This document shows, one piece after another, positions 18,964-28,810 of a stretch of 40,802 nucleotides of DNA. Each line of letters starts with the position of its first letter. Within the stretch, counting starts at the first letter, position 1. Under the pieces are notes generated by a model that saw only the letters and a program-made list of their open reading frames with translations, did not search any database and was not told the origin of the DNA. Origin of the DNA: Candidatus Bathyarchaeota archaeon (GTDB lineage: Archaea; Thermoproteota; Bathyarchaeia; TCS64); NCBI GenBank assembly GCA_050053595.1, contig JASFTK010000003.1, positions 1 through 40,802 on the forward strand. The letters run 5' to 3'. The translations under genes were made by a program, and so were the position numbers.

Positions 18964-19661
18964 TTTTTCTCCTCCTTTAATTCTTTAAGATACTCTTGAA
19001 CCCTATTAGTGAGACCAGGAATATGAGCTTCGCGCTCTATCTTCCTGATGACTTTGACCGCCATCTCCTCCTGTTTTCGGGTCTTCCCACTGATAAGGAT
19101 TCTACCATTCTGACCTATCACAATATTGCATCGGGTCTCACGTAGGATCATGTTCACCATCGACCCCTTCCTACCTATCAACCGGGGTATCTTCGAGGGG
19201 GTCAGGCGGATGGTAAAACCTTCGTCAATCCGCCCCAACCGTCGGCCCAAGATGGACAAGATCGGGGTCTTACGTCGATCCATGTCTACGATCTTGGCGA
19301 CCACCGTGTCTCCTATGTCGAGGATGTCCGTCATCGTGATGTCGGGCCTGAAAGGGGTGTCGATGGCGTCTGAGACCTTCAAGAAGGCTTGGGAAGGGGC
19401 ATCTATATCGATCATCCATCTACCCAGCTGGATATCGGTAACATCTCCGACCACCAGATCCCCCGTTAGAGGGTTGAAACCAGCTTCAAGGGCTATAACG
19501 GACACCATGTTCCTCCCGTAATTGACCAAGCCTATCCTGGATGCACAGACCTTGCCTTTGGACCTGAAGGTGTTGTCACCGGTCCTCACCCTTCCATCGG
19601 ATAAGGGGTCTCCCGGTATCACCAGATCTCTGTTCTCATGTAGCATTGACAAATCAATCAC
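18960..19661 (-). CDS. rrp4: Exosome RNA-binding cap protein Rrp4 (S1 + KH)
   Basis: LVIPGD, S1 domain, KH motif IPRLIGRKGSM, GQNGRI, EAH..GLT. Start uncertain. Confidence 0.95.
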   Translation of the reverse strand: MIDLSMLHENRDLVIPGDPLSDGRVRTGDNTFRSKGKVCASRIGLVNYGRNMVSVIALEAGFNPLTGDLVVGDVTDIQLGRWMIDIDAPSQAFLKVSDAIDTPFRPDITMTDILDIGDTVVAKIVDMDRRKTPILSILGRRLGRIDEGFTIRLTPSKIPRLIGRKGSMVNMILRETRCNIVIGQNGRILISGKTRKQEEMAVKVIRKIEREAHIPGLTNRVQEYLKELKEEKK

Positions 19662-19665
19662 CTAT

Positions 19666-20355
19666 TTAATTCATAATTTTCGTCTGTAGGTTCCCCTGAG
19701 TGGACTTCCCCAGCCTATCGAGGAGCTCACCTTTCATTGCTGCAGAGAGAGATACCACAGCGATCCAAGATCCATCGGATGTCCATTCATCTTTCTTTAT
19801 CTCCGTAAGATCCTTCACTATTCCATATGATTTAGTGGCGTATTCAGCTGGGATCTTTAAGGCGATCTCGATGGTCTCCATACTCATGGGCAGTATGGGC
19901 CTGAGGGCGTCGACTGCCTCTTTGAGCTGGGCTTCAGCGTCTATGAAGGGGTCAATATTGATCCTCGCCTCTTCAAGGGCGTTCTCGACCCTGCGGGGGG
20001 GGTGGGGTAGCTTGGTGGACGGGTCGACATAGTTCCTGGAGATCAGGTTGATGATCTGTTTCAGCTTCTGCTCAGTCATCTCTTTTCTCTGCTGGGCGGT
20101 GAGCTGGAACACCCCTTTCTGGAACATTATCTCCGCTACCTCCAAGGGGTCGCTGGTCCCAAAGACCTCCTCCAGTTTTGTCGAGGAAGCTTTCTCCCCT
20201 TTGTTGGCGTCGGTGAAGACTGTGTCTAGCATTAGGACGTTCCTTATATCGTCTCTCTCAGCTCTCTTGTAAGCTAAACCCTTGTCAGGATCCACTAGGA
20301 TCTCGAATTTATCCCCCGAATGGGAATACCTGACCAAGGTGTATTTATCGCTCAT
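19666..20355 (-). CDS. Ribosome maturation factor SBDS/SDO1
   Basis: [26 protein letters not shown] motifs. Confidence 0.96.
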   Translation of the reverse strand: MSDKYTLVRYSHSGDKFEILVDPDKGLAYKRAERDDIRNVLMLDTVFTDANKGEKASSTKLEEVFGTSDPLEVAEIMFQKGVFQLTAQQRKEMTEQKLKQIINLISRNYVDPSTKLPHPPRRVENALEEARINIDPFIDAEAQLKEAVDALRPILPMSMETIEIALKIPAEYATKSYGIVKDLTEIKKDEWTSDGSWIAVVSLSAAMKGELLDRLGKSTQGNLQTKIMN

Positions 20356-20367
20356 TCCTTGAGCCTT

Positions 20368-21072
20368 CTACGTGAAGTATCTCGCCACCTCTGACTCGGA
20401 GAGCCTCTTGAAGACCCTTGTTTCTTTAGGAACCACGGCGACTTTACAAATTTTGGAGGTCACATCCGGTTCAGATGCTATCCTGACCGCCTCAATGGCG
20501 AGGGGTATCGCCTCGTCCAATGTGAGATCCTCCCTGAACTCCTCCTCCAACAGGCTATTCCCTTCGTCGCTCTTCCGCCCGACTGCAACGGCTTTATATC
20601 CCCTATAGGAACCGCTCGGGTCTACAGTGAAAACCCTGCTCCCGGTCGTGTCCAACCCAGCTAGGATCATGCTCACCCCGTAGGGGCGGACGCCTGCATG
20701 CTGGGTATAGACTTGGGCTTGGTCCCCAACTCTCTTGGTGAGGACCTCGATGTCAACCGGCTCGTCATATAGAAGTCGGTTGCTCTGGCAATAAACCCTT
20801 GACTGTTCGATCAAGACCCTGGCGTCGGAGATCAGTCCTACCACTGCTGAGCCGACATGTTCGTCCAACTGGAAAATCTTCATGAAGAACTTGGGATCTT
20901 CCAGCCTGCTTTCCGGGGTCTCGTTGGCCGCTAGGACCACTCCTTCGGGGGAGGACACACCTACTATGGGGGCGCCCCGTTTTACAAGCTCTAGGGCGTA
21001 TTCTACCTGGTAGAGGCGTCCCTCTGGTGAAAATATCGTAATCGCACGGTCATACGCTCGCGGCATAAACAA
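20368..21072 (-). CDS. psmA: Proteasome alpha subunit
   Basis: YDRAITIFSPEGRLYQVEYA, RPYGVS, DPSGSY. Confidence 0.97.
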   Translation of the reverse strand: MFMPRAYDRAITIFSPEGRLYQVEYALELVKRGAPIVGVSSPEGVVLAANETPESRLEDPKFFMKIFQLDEHVGSAVVGLISDARVLIEQSRVYCQSNRLLYDEPVDIEVLTKRVGDQAQVYTQHAGVRPYGVSMILAGLDTTGSRVFTVDPSGSYRGYKAVAVGRKSDEGNSLLEEEFREDLTLDEAIPLAIEAVRIASEPDVTSKICKVAVVPKETRVFKRLSESEVARYFT

Positions 21073-21208
21073 ATCCGAGTCCTCCTTTCTCCTCTCAGTT
21101 GATGTTTCGAGATGTTACCTCAATATAGCTATTTAAAGGTTAACGGCCCCTCCACTTAACTATTTTCACACCCAGCTATATCTGTAGTATGAATTTTACA
21201 GTATATTA

Positions 21209-21287
21209 TGGCGCCCTGGCCGGGATTTGAACCCGGGATCGCTCGGGTGACAGCCGAGCATACTGGGCCTGACTATACTACCAGGGC
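21209..21287 (-). tRNA. tRNA-Asp(GTC), intronless, with encoded CCA
   Basis: Minus strand GCCCTGG...CTCGG-CTGTCAC-CCGAG...CCGGG-TTCAAAT-CCCGG-CCAGGGC-G-CCA forms a full cloverleaf; TATA-like TTTATTTG at 21323-21316. Confidence 0.97.
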
Positions 21288-21351
21288 GGATTTAGAAATC
21301 TAGGAATCTCTAGGGCAAATAAACGTTGTGTTGGGCGGGTCCCATAGAGGC

Positions 21352-21594
21352 TTAGATGAACTCCTTTGCTATGATCATTGTGGCTGTCAGGAATATGTTC
21401 TCAACCGACCTGAGCTCCTTGGTTATGAAACTGTCGAGGTGGCTCATGTCTTTGGCTTTGACCTTCAATATGGCATCGTACTCGCCATATATCGTGGCTG
21501 CCTCCTCCACTTCTTTAAACTCGACGAGTTCCTTGCAGACCTCGTCTTCCTTACCTGTACTCACGCTGATTAGTATGTAGGCTTTTATCGTCAT
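21352..21594 (-). CDS. Stand-alone Lrp/AsnC ligand-binding (RAM) domain protein
   Basis: AYILI..GKE...IYGEYDAILKV...TATMI pattern; no HTH. Confidence 0.9.
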   Translation of the reverse strand: MTIKAYILISVSTGKEDEVCKELVEFKEVEEAATIYGEYDAILKVKAKDMSHLDSFITKELRSVENIFLTATMIIAKEFI

Positions 21595-21648
21595 ATTGCC
21601 TCGTTCTATCGAAGGTAACGCCGTTTAAATGTGTTCCGAGCCACTCCT

Positions 21649-22128
21649 TCATGGACTGAGGTAATCAGCCAGGGTCTGCCCTGAACCCGTGAGCGAAACG
21701 GGGATACCCTTGTTCTTCTTATCTCCGGCCACGATGAGACCAGCCTCCCTTAACCCCCTGAGGTTCCACCTCACGGTGGACTTTGGGATCTCGAATTCAT
21801 CGGCTATCCTTTCGATGAGGACGGTGTATACCATGTCACCCGGGTACTCTTCAGTGAGCCATTGCAGTAGTAACCTCTGCTTGTCCGTCAGGCGTGTGGA
21901 TGCCTCAGCCATAAGGGCCTGTTCCATGCCGTAGATCTCTTTAGTGTGGAGGATCAGAGACTCCCGGATGGTCTCCAGGTTCTCCATAACCCTGTCGTAG
22001 TGGATCGAATCTCTTTCCTCATCCCAGTTTAGAGCTAACTCTAAATACAGTTGATCTGTCGCGTTCAGGATGTTCTTCAACTGGGGGGTCGGGTAGAAAT
22101 GGTTTTTATGGATGGAGGAAACATTCAC
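21649..22128 (-). CDS. Putative regulator with helical N-terminus and C-terminal wHTH
   Basis: LTDKQ..LL...IPKSTVRWNLRGLREAGLI...SLTGSG; SD GAGGTGA upstream. Confidence 0.8.
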   Translation of the reverse strand: MNVSSIHKNHFYPTPQLKNILNATDQLYLELALNWDEERDSIHYDRVMENLETIRESLILHTKEIYGMEQALMAEASTRLTDKQRLLLQWLTEEYPGDMVYTVLIERIADEFEIPKSTVRWNLRGLREAGLIVAGDKKNKGIPVSLTGSGQTLADYLSP

Positions 22129-22218
22129 CTTTCACATCAGTCACCTCAAACCACCTTCACTAAAAGGATCCAACTTTAAAACCCTTTCCCCGGATGGACG
22201 GTGTTGGAGGGAAATCTT

Positions 22219-23220
22219 TCAGAGGTTCTCTCCCACAGCCGAGGCTACATCCATCGTCTGGGCTCTACCCCCCAGATCAGGGGTCAAAGTCTCCCCTTCC
22301 TCCAAGACCTCGATCACAGCGTTCTCTATGGCTTCCGCCCATTCCGGTTCTCCCAGCCAGTCTAACATCATCGAAGCCGACAGGATCATAGCGATGGGGT
22401 TGGCGACCTCCTTACCAGCTATATCCGGGGCGCTACCGTGGACAGGCTCAAAGATCGCATTGTTATCCCCTATGTTCGCTGAGGGCGCCATCCCCAATCC
22501 ACCCACGAGTCCAGCTGCTTCATCTGACAAGATGTCCCCGAACATGTTGGTGGTGACCAAGATGTCGTACTGGCTTGGGTCCAGGAGGAGTTTCATTGCG
22601 CAGGCGTCGACTATCTCCTCCCGGTAGTCGGTGTCGGGGTGGGATCTGGCGACTTCCCGGCATGATTCAAGGAATATACCGCATGTCATGTCCAAGACAT
22701 TGTTCTTGTGGACCGCTGTGATCCTCTCCCGCCCTTCCTCCTCCGCAAGTTTGAATGCGAACTCTGCGATCCGTTCTGATGCCTGCCTGGTGATAATCCT
22801 GAGGTTGATCCCCCAGTCAGAGCCCCGATGTCCCACCATCTGGTACAGCCCCTCTGTGTTCTCCCTGACGATGACGATGTCCACCTCCCTGTTCAATGCT
22901 GGGACATTTGGGTAGACCTTTGTGGGACGGACATTCGCGTAGAGCCCCAGCTCTTGGCGTAGCGGCAGGATCACTTCCTTAGCGGTCTCCCCTACAGCCG
23001 CGAATAGAGCGGCGTCGGACGCCCTAACCTTCTCGACGGTCTCAGGGGTCATCGCCACGCCTGTCAAGGCTTTGTACTCATCCCCAGCCTGGAGCCCGGT
23101 GAACCGGAAGTCCAGGCTACGATCTCTCTCAGCGACGGTGTTCAGGATGGAAACCGCAGCCCCCATGACCTCGGGGCCTATCCCGTCCCCTGGGATGGTG
23201 GCGATCCGGTATTCCGTCAA
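22219..23220 (-). CDS. leuB: 3-isopropylmalate dehydrogenase (archaeal type)
   Basis: GDGIGPEV, RENTEGLY, NMFGDILSD, FEPVHGSAPDIAG; last gene of the leuACD operon. Confidence 0.88.
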   Translation of the reverse strand: MTEYRIATIPGDGIGPEVMGAAVSILNTVAERDRSLDFRFTGLQAGDEYKALTGVAMTPETVEKVRASDAALFAAVGETAKEVILPLRQELGLYANVRPTKVYPNVPALNREVDIVIVRENTEGLYQMVGHRGSDWGINLRIITRQASERIAEFAFKLAEEEGRERITAVHKNNVLDMTCGIFLESCREVARSHPDTDYREEIVDACAMKLLLDPSQYDILVTTNMFGDILSDEAAGLVGGLGMAPSANIGDNNAIFEPVHGSAPDIAGKEVANPIAMILSASMMLDWLGEPEWAEAIENAVIEVLEEGETLTPDLGGRAQTMDVASAVGENL

Positions 23221-23221
23221 C

Positions 23222-23728
23222 TCACCAATCCTCCATGTTCTTTCTGAGGTAAGGGACCAGCCCCCCCTCGCTGAGGACCTCGATCATGAACCCCGGGAGC
23301 TGAGAGAACTCAAGTTCGGCGCCAGTACGGGTGTCCGTAATAACTCCGCTGGTAATATCGATGTTGATGGTATCTCCGTCCTCCACAGCCTTGGTGATGC
23401 CTCGACACTCTAGGGCCGGGAGGCCGATGTTGATGGCGTTCCTGTAGAAGATCCTCGCAAATGACTCCGCGACCACCACGCTCACACCTGAGTGTATGAG
23501 GGCTAAAGGGGCGTGTTCCCTGCTAGAACCGCAGCCAAAGTTACTCCCCCCTACGACTATGTCCCCTTTTTCTACATTCTCCGAGAACCGGGGGTCTAAT
23601 CCCTCCATGGCGTGAGTCGCCATCTCCTCAGGATCCACCAGTTCTAGGTATTTACCGGGGATAATCAGGTCGGTGTTGACATCGTCCCCGTACTTCCAGA
23701 CCCTGCCCTCTATTTCCATACCCTTCAC
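23222..23728 (-). CDS. leuD: 3-isopropylmalate dehydratase small subunit
   Basis: [28 protein letters not shown]; specificity loop YLEL lacks the Arg of homoaconitase YLRT. Confidence 0.9.
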   Translation of the reverse strand: MKGMEIEGRVWKYGDDVNTDLIIPGKYLELVDPEEMATHAMEGLDPRFSENVEKGDIVVGGSNFGCGSSREHAPLALIHSGVSVVVAESFARIFYRNAINIGLPALECRGITKAVEDGDTINIDITSGVITDTRTGAELEFSQLPGFMIEVLSEGGLVPYLRKNMEDW

Positions 23729-25005
23729 ATCAGTTCCCTCGGATCAGTGATGAGGCCGGTAACCGCTGAAGCGGCGGCCACAGCGGGGGATGAGAGATAT
23801 ACCTCAGCCTGCGGGCTCCCCTGCCTGCCCTTGAAGTTCCGATTTGAGGTGGTCAACCCCACCTCACCAGGCGCCAGCAGCCCTATATGCCCGCCGAAAC
23901 AGGCCCCGCAGCTAGGGTTGCTGAAGATAGCCCCAGCCTCGACCAGGTCCTCCGCCACCCCAGTCTCCAGTGCCTCAAGGTGGACCCCCTTGGACGCTGG
24001 GACAACCAGGAGCCTCACATCGGGGTGTACCTCCCTGCCCCGGAGTATAGATGCTGTGATCTCAAGATCTTCGAATCGCCCGTTGGTGCACGAGCCTATG
24101 AAGGCCTGGTTGATCTGTACCCCTTTAACCTCGCTGATGTGTTTGACGTTGTCTACTTTATGGGGGCAGGCGATCTGGGGTTCAAGATCGGCTGCGTTGA
24201 TGTCCTCGACCATCCGGTAATCTGCGTCCTCGTCGGCGAAGACTGGACTGAATTCCCCGTCGGTCCTCTCTCTCAGGTAAGCGTAGGTCTTCTCATCGGG
24301 CTCAACGATACCCGTCTTACCGCCAAGTTCGATGGCCATGTTGCACAGGGTCATCCTGCCCGAGACGCTCATTTCGGAGATGGTCGTCCCCTGGAACTCT
24401 AGGGCGTCATAAGTTGCGCCGCTAGCCCCGATAATACCGGCGGTCTTGAGGATAACATCCTTGGGGCTGACGAGATCCGGGAGTTCCCCGTCCACCTGGA
24501 CCTTAATGGTCTCAGGGACCCTCAACCAGATCTTCCCGGTGGCCAGAACGGCCCCCATATCCGTTGAGCCGACCCCGGTCGCGAAGGATCCGAAGGCCCC
24601 GTGGGTGCAGGTGTGAGAGTCCGCTCCTATCACAACATATCCGGGCTTCACATGCCCCATCTCCGGGAGTACTTGGTGGCAGACCCCGGACTCGACATCG
24701 TAGAAGTGTTCCAGCTCCTGTTCTCTAGCGAACACCCTTATGTCCCGGTGGATGATTGCGGCCAGAGGCGTCGAAGGGGGCGCAACGTGATCCAAGATGA
24801 GGACAACCCTCTCTGGGTCCCAGACTCGCTCCTTGCCCATCTCCCTCATAGCCTTGATTGCGAGGATGGTGGTCAGGTCGGGGATCATGGCGACATCGAC
24901 AATGGCCTTGACTATCTCCCCTGCGACGACCTCGTCTCTACCTGACGCCCTGGCGAGGATCTTTTCCGATACAGTCTTTCCTATTCCGACCTCAGCTGGT
25001 GACAT
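23725..25005 (-). CDS. leuC: 3-isopropylmalate dehydratase large subunit
   Basis: DH, GVCHQ, DSHTCT.GA, GSCTNGR, CGACFG, TSNRNF.GRQG. Confidence 0.92.
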   Translation of the reverse strand: MSPAEVGIGKTVSEKILARASGRDEVVAGEIVKAIVDVAMIPDLTTILAIKAMREMGKERVWDPERVVLILDHVAPPSTPLAAIIHRDIRVFAREQELEHFYDVESGVCHQVLPEMGHVKPGYVVIGADSHTCTHGAFGSFATGVGSTDMGAVLATGKIWLRVPETIKVQVDGELPDLVSPKDVILKTAGIIGASGATYDALEFQGTTISEMSVSGRMTLCNMAIELGGKTGIVEPDEKTYAYLRERTDGEFSPVFADEDADYRMVEDINAADLEPQIACPHKVDNVKHISEVKGVQINQAFIGSCTNGRFEDLEITASILRGREVHPDVRLLVVPASKGVHLEALETGVAEDLVEAGAIFSNPSCGACFGGHIGLLAPGEVGLTTSNRNFKGRQGSPQAEVYLSSPAVAAASAVTGLITDPRELM

Positions 25006-26551
25006 GGTTATTCCTGGTCAAGAGTCGGTTCATCCCTTTTAGGATTGCGTCGACGCTCGCCATCACGGTGTCCCCGCTGACGCCGTTTGCGGTCACGTAT
25101 CTCTCTCCCCTCTTGAGACGCACTGTTACATCTGCAACTGCGTCGGTCCCCCCTGTGATGGCTTTCATGGAAAACCGTTCCAAGGTGACCTCGCCCAGGC
25201 TCCCTCTGATGTTTCTTATGGCGTCCACAGCAGCATCGATAGGACCGTTCCCAATGCCGGATCCGTTGAACTCTTGGTCGTCGACGAGAAGGGTCACAGA
25301 GGCTGTGGGGATGACGGTGTTACCTGTTACCACCAGGAGCTGTTTGAGCTTGACCCGGTCCTCCTCCTTGAAATCCAGTATGCTCTTAGCGATGGCGTAT
25401 AGATCAGCGTCGGTGACCTTCTTCCCCATGTCTCCCAGCCTCTTGACCTCAGCTGAGATGGCCTTCAGCTGCTCCCTGTTAGGCTTGATCCCCATCTCCT
25501 CCAGCATCTTGTCGATAGCATGTCTACCCGTATGCTTCCCCGCTACGAACCTCCTCCTCTGGCCCACAATCTCGGGGGTCAAGGCTTCATAAGTCCCGGG
25601 ATGGCCGATGAGCCCGTGGACATGGATCCCCGATTCATGGGTGAATGCGTTGTCCCCCACTATAGGAGTGTTGGGGAGCAGGTATAGACCGCTCAGTCTC
25701 TGTATTAGCTCAGAGGTCTCCGCGATACGGGTTGTTTCTATGTTGGTCTTCACACCATACTGAGCGGTGAGACCCATAACCACCTGCTCAAGGGAGGCGT
25801 TCCCAGCCCTCTCCCCGAGGCCGTTAACGCAGACCTGGACCTGCTCAGCCCCAGCCTCGACTGAAGCCAGAGAGTTGGCGGTGGCCTGACCGATGTCGTT
25901 GTGGGCGTGCGCGCTCAATGGGACATCTACAGCGGAGTTGAGAGCCTTGAAAAACTCGTACGTCACCCGCGGGGTCATAACACCCACGGTGTCAGGTACA
26001 TTGATCTTGTCAACCCCTGCGTCGGCGACTGCTGAGCAGATCTCCTTGAGATACTGGAAATTTGTGCGCGTCGCATCCTCAGGAGAGAACTCGACCGTCA
26101 CCCCGTGTGATTTTGCGTACTCAACCGCGTCAACACTCTGACCCAACACCTCTTCACGGGTCATCTTCAGCTTGTGCTCAAGATGCAGGTCGGAGGTCGC
26201 GATGAATATGTGGACATAACTCACCCCTGTATCAAGGGCTCTATCCACATCAAGCCTCGTCGGTCTAGCTAAAGCCGCCACCTTCGCCTCAAGGCCCTCG
26301 TCGGCGATCCTTTTCACCGACTCAGCTTCCCCTTCAGATGTGATAGGGAAACCAGCCTCGATGATATCGACACCTAACCGGTCGAGCTGGTGGGCGATAG
26401 TGATCTTCTCATCTATGGTGAATGTGACCCCTGGAGTCTGCTCTCCATCCCTCAAGGTGGTATCAAAGATCCAGACCCTCTCAGGGATGTTGCTCTCTAA
26501 TAACGCGCGATATTCTGTCAGATAATACCCTTCTTCGTCCATACTGCACAC
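24992..26551 (-). CDS. leuA: 2-isopropylmalate synthase
   Basis: DTTLRDGEQ, HIFIATS, HAHND, GERAGN, HESGIH, C-terminal regulatory domain (GNGPIDA). Start uncertain. Confidence 0.88.
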   Translation of the reverse strand: MCSMDEEGYYLTEYRALLESNIPERVWIFDTTLRDGEQTPGVTFTIDEKITIAHQLDRLGVDIIEAGFPITSEGEAESVKRIADEGLEAKVAALARPTRLDVDRALDTGVSYVHIFIATSDLHLEHKLKMTREEVLGQSVDAVEYAKSHGVTVEFSPEDATRTNFQYLKEICSAVADAGVDKINVPDTVGVMTPRVTYEFFKALNSAVDVPLSAHAHNDIGQATANSLASVEAGAEQVQVCVNGLGERAGNASLEQVVMGLTAQYGVKTNIETTRIAETSELIQRLSGLYLLPNTPIVGDNAFTHESGIHVHGLIGHPGTYEALTPEIVGQRRRFVAGKHTGRHAIDKMLEEMGIKPNREQLKAISAEVKRLGDMGKKVTDADLYAIAKSILDFKEEDRVKLKQLLVVTGNTVIPTASVTLLVDDQEFNGSGIGNGPIDAAVDAIRNIRGSLGEVTLERFSMKAITGGTDAVADVTVRLKRGERYVTANGVSGDTVMASVDAILKGMNRLLTRNNHVTS

Positions 26552-26782
26552 CTTTGAAGTTAACCATGCAAATCTCCCTGGTCTTAAATAACGATTTTGA
26601 GCAAAAACAGTTACACATCCCTAAAACAGGTACGCCATAGAAACGCTGCTATTCACAGCCATGCTTGATGTTTTGGGTTGTATTTATCGACCAATTTGAA
26701 GAAAATTGCCTTGTTATCCCCCTCTAATTGATAACAACCTAGTATCTGATGACCATCTCAGATGGTAACCTTACTAAGGGGG

Positions 26783-27151
26783 TTATACCGTTACTTTTCT
26801 CTCTACAGCGTAGTACTCTGGGAAGACTTTTCGTAGTTTACCGTTGATCGTTTCAATGACGTGTTCTGCGAACTCTTCTTGGTCCATTTTAGGGTAGTAG
26901 ACCCTGTGGTATCCCCCTTTCCCTGTCTCCTCTTCATATCTCAGGATGCCCTCCTCTACAAGTTCATTGAGGAAAAATATTACCGATGCTCGGGATTTTG
27001 ATTCGGGGGTTGTCTGTATATATTTGTGGGCATCACCTGAGGTGACTCCTTTTCTTTCACTTTTATTCAGATCCCATATCCATTCTAGTAGAAGCGCTTG
27101 GTATGGTTTAAACAGAGTGTGGAGACCCTCTTTATTAGAGTCAAACTTCAT
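26783..27151 (-). CDS. Winged-helix DNA-binding protein, BlaI/CopY-like; paralog of 2076..2486
   Basis: FD..K.G....F..YQ...L..IW, VTS, SRAS...FLN, EEETGKGG...Y, terminal FP all shared with the paralog. Confidence 0.78.
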   Translation of the reverse strand: MKFDSNKEGLHTLFKPYQALLLEWIWDLNKSERKGVTSGDAHKYIQTTPESKSRASVIFFLNELVEEGILRYEEETGKGGYHRVYYPKMDQEEFAEHVIETINGKLRKVFPEYYAVERKVTV

Positions 27152-27470
27152 GTTTATTGCTTATAATTAGTGATAAATAAAGCTTATCTTATAATTATCA
27201 TTATTTATTAACACTTACATATGAGTGACATAAATAAATAACTAAACCATTCTCAATAATAATATAATAAAACAAATACTAAAGCTTCAAAATAAAAATA
27301 TTTTTTATACATTATTTACGACCTGGGTGTTAAAACTCCTATTCTGAAAAGGGTTTCTTAGTACCCTTTTTTCAATATAATCTGAGAGGGTTTATTACGA
27401 TTGGATCAGACAATTGATCACACTGTAGTTTCGAAGATTGATAAAAAGGGAAGGTGGGTTATTAAGGGAG

Positions 27471-28679
27471 TTAGTTACTCCGGGTCCATTCCCTGCCGAG
27501 GGTCTCCCTGGCGATCACGATTTTCTGGATGTTGGCCGCTCCTTCCGCTCCGATGCAGTAGCTCATGACACCCCGTATCCCCATCTCCAGCGGGCATTCC
27601 TTGGAGTAGCCGTAGGCCCCCATCCAGAGCATCACTCTCCTGAAGGTGTCGAGGGCGTGATGGGGGGCAAGGTATTTGCACATAGAGATGTACTTGGCGA
27701 CCTCAAGGGCCGTGTAGGTGCCGTGCTGGTATTTCTGGTCCATCATCCATGCAGTCTTGTAGATAAGGCTCTTGATGGCCTCGTGGTGGGCTGCCATGTC
27801 GGCGAGGTCGAACTGGATCCCCTGGTATTTGGCGATGGGCTGCCCGAAGACTTGCCTCTCTTTGGTATATTCCATGCCTATCTCCATGGCCCTCTCCGCT
27901 GCTCCCACACAACTGGCGGAGACTAGGACCCTGGCGGCGTCGAACCCCTCCATTGTGAGATAGAAGCCCCGGCCGGTCTCGCCCAGCTGATACTCGACTG
28001 GGATCTTGACGTCGTTCATCTTGAATCCGCCGGTGCTGATACCCATCCTGCCATAGTTGTCGAACCGCTTGGAGATCTCAACCCCGGGAGAGTCCAAGGG
28101 GAGATAGATGGCGGTCATTCCCCGGTGGCCTTTGGACCTGTCGCTATAGCCGGTGACGAAGTATCCCCCTCCTAACTCCTCGCACTCTGCGGTGCCGCTG
28201 ATGTAGGTCTTCTCCCCATTGACGAGCCAGTGGTCCCCCTCCCGCTTCAACTGGGTCTGGAAGCCCGCGACATCGGAGCCGCCTCCAGGCTCGGTCACGC
28301 CGATGCCGATGAAGGACTCACCCCGGGCGGCCTTCCTGAGGCAGATATCCCTGACGATGTCCTGGCAGTACTTGTCGACCACGTAGCCCCAACTTGCTTG
28401 GACGAGGAAGAAGACAGGGAGGGCGACGGAGATGTCGGCGAACCCCAGCTCTTCTGCGGCGATGGTGGTTGTTACCCAGTCAGCGCCTACACCTCCATGT
28501 TCCTCAGGCAGGGTCATGCAGAGGAGCCCCATGTCCCCCAGACCCTTGATTATATCCTCCCCCAGTTCATGGTTGGTGTCGTTCTCCCTAACCCTCTCCA
28601 TGGGGAGGTTCTTGGCCAGCCACTCCTTGATTGCCTCACGGAATAGTTCTTGTTCCTCAGTGAACGAGAAATCGATCAT
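27471..28679 (-). CDS. Acyl-CoA dehydrogenase
   Basis: PEEHGG, TEPGGGSD, NGEKTYIS, R.VFGQPI, GAYGY, AEG..NIQ. Confidence 0.95.
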   Translation of the reverse strand: MIDFSFTEEQELFREAIKEWLAKNLPMERVRENDTNHELGEDIIKGLGDMGLLCMTLPEEHGGVGADWVTTTIAAEELGFADISVALPVFFLVQASWGYVVDKYCQDIVRDICLRKAARGESFIGIGVTEPGGGSDVAGFQTQLKREGDHWLVNGEKTYISGTAECEELGGGYFVTGYSDRSKGHRGMTAIYLPLDSPGVEISKRFDNYGRMGISTGGFKMNDVKIPVEYQLGETGRGFYLTMEGFDAARVLVSASCVGAAERAMEIGMEYTKERQVFGQPIAKYQGIQFDLADMAAHHEAIKSLIYKTAWMMDQKYQHGTYTALEVAKYISMCKYLAPHHALDTFRRVMLWMGAYGYSKECPLEMGIRGVMSYCIGAEGAANIQKIVIARETLGREWTRSN

Positions 28680-28810
28680 ATGGATTCACTCCGGTAGTAC
28701 GTTCGAATTACCTTATTAAAGGTCTGATGCCCGGAATCGAGTTAGATATACGCCTTTTCACTGAGGACAATGTTTTAAACTTGAGATAGACGAGAGTCTC
28801 CGTGGTTAGA

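Noticed and set aside
21100-21287. tRNA-Asp as an integration site or intron-containing tRNA
   Set aside because: No integrase or duplicated tRNA 3' end seen, core genes on both sides, and the cloverleaf is complete without an intron.
22219-26551. Assignment as homocitrate/coenzyme B (aks) or citramalate pathway genes
   Set aside because: The synthase has the HxFIATS motif and a C-terminal regulatory domain, and the small subunit lacks YLRT, so leucine synthesis fits best. Broader specificity is not excluded.
26746-26752. Box C-like CTGATGA as the start of a C/D sRNA
   Set aside because: No suitably placed downstream box D (CTGA).
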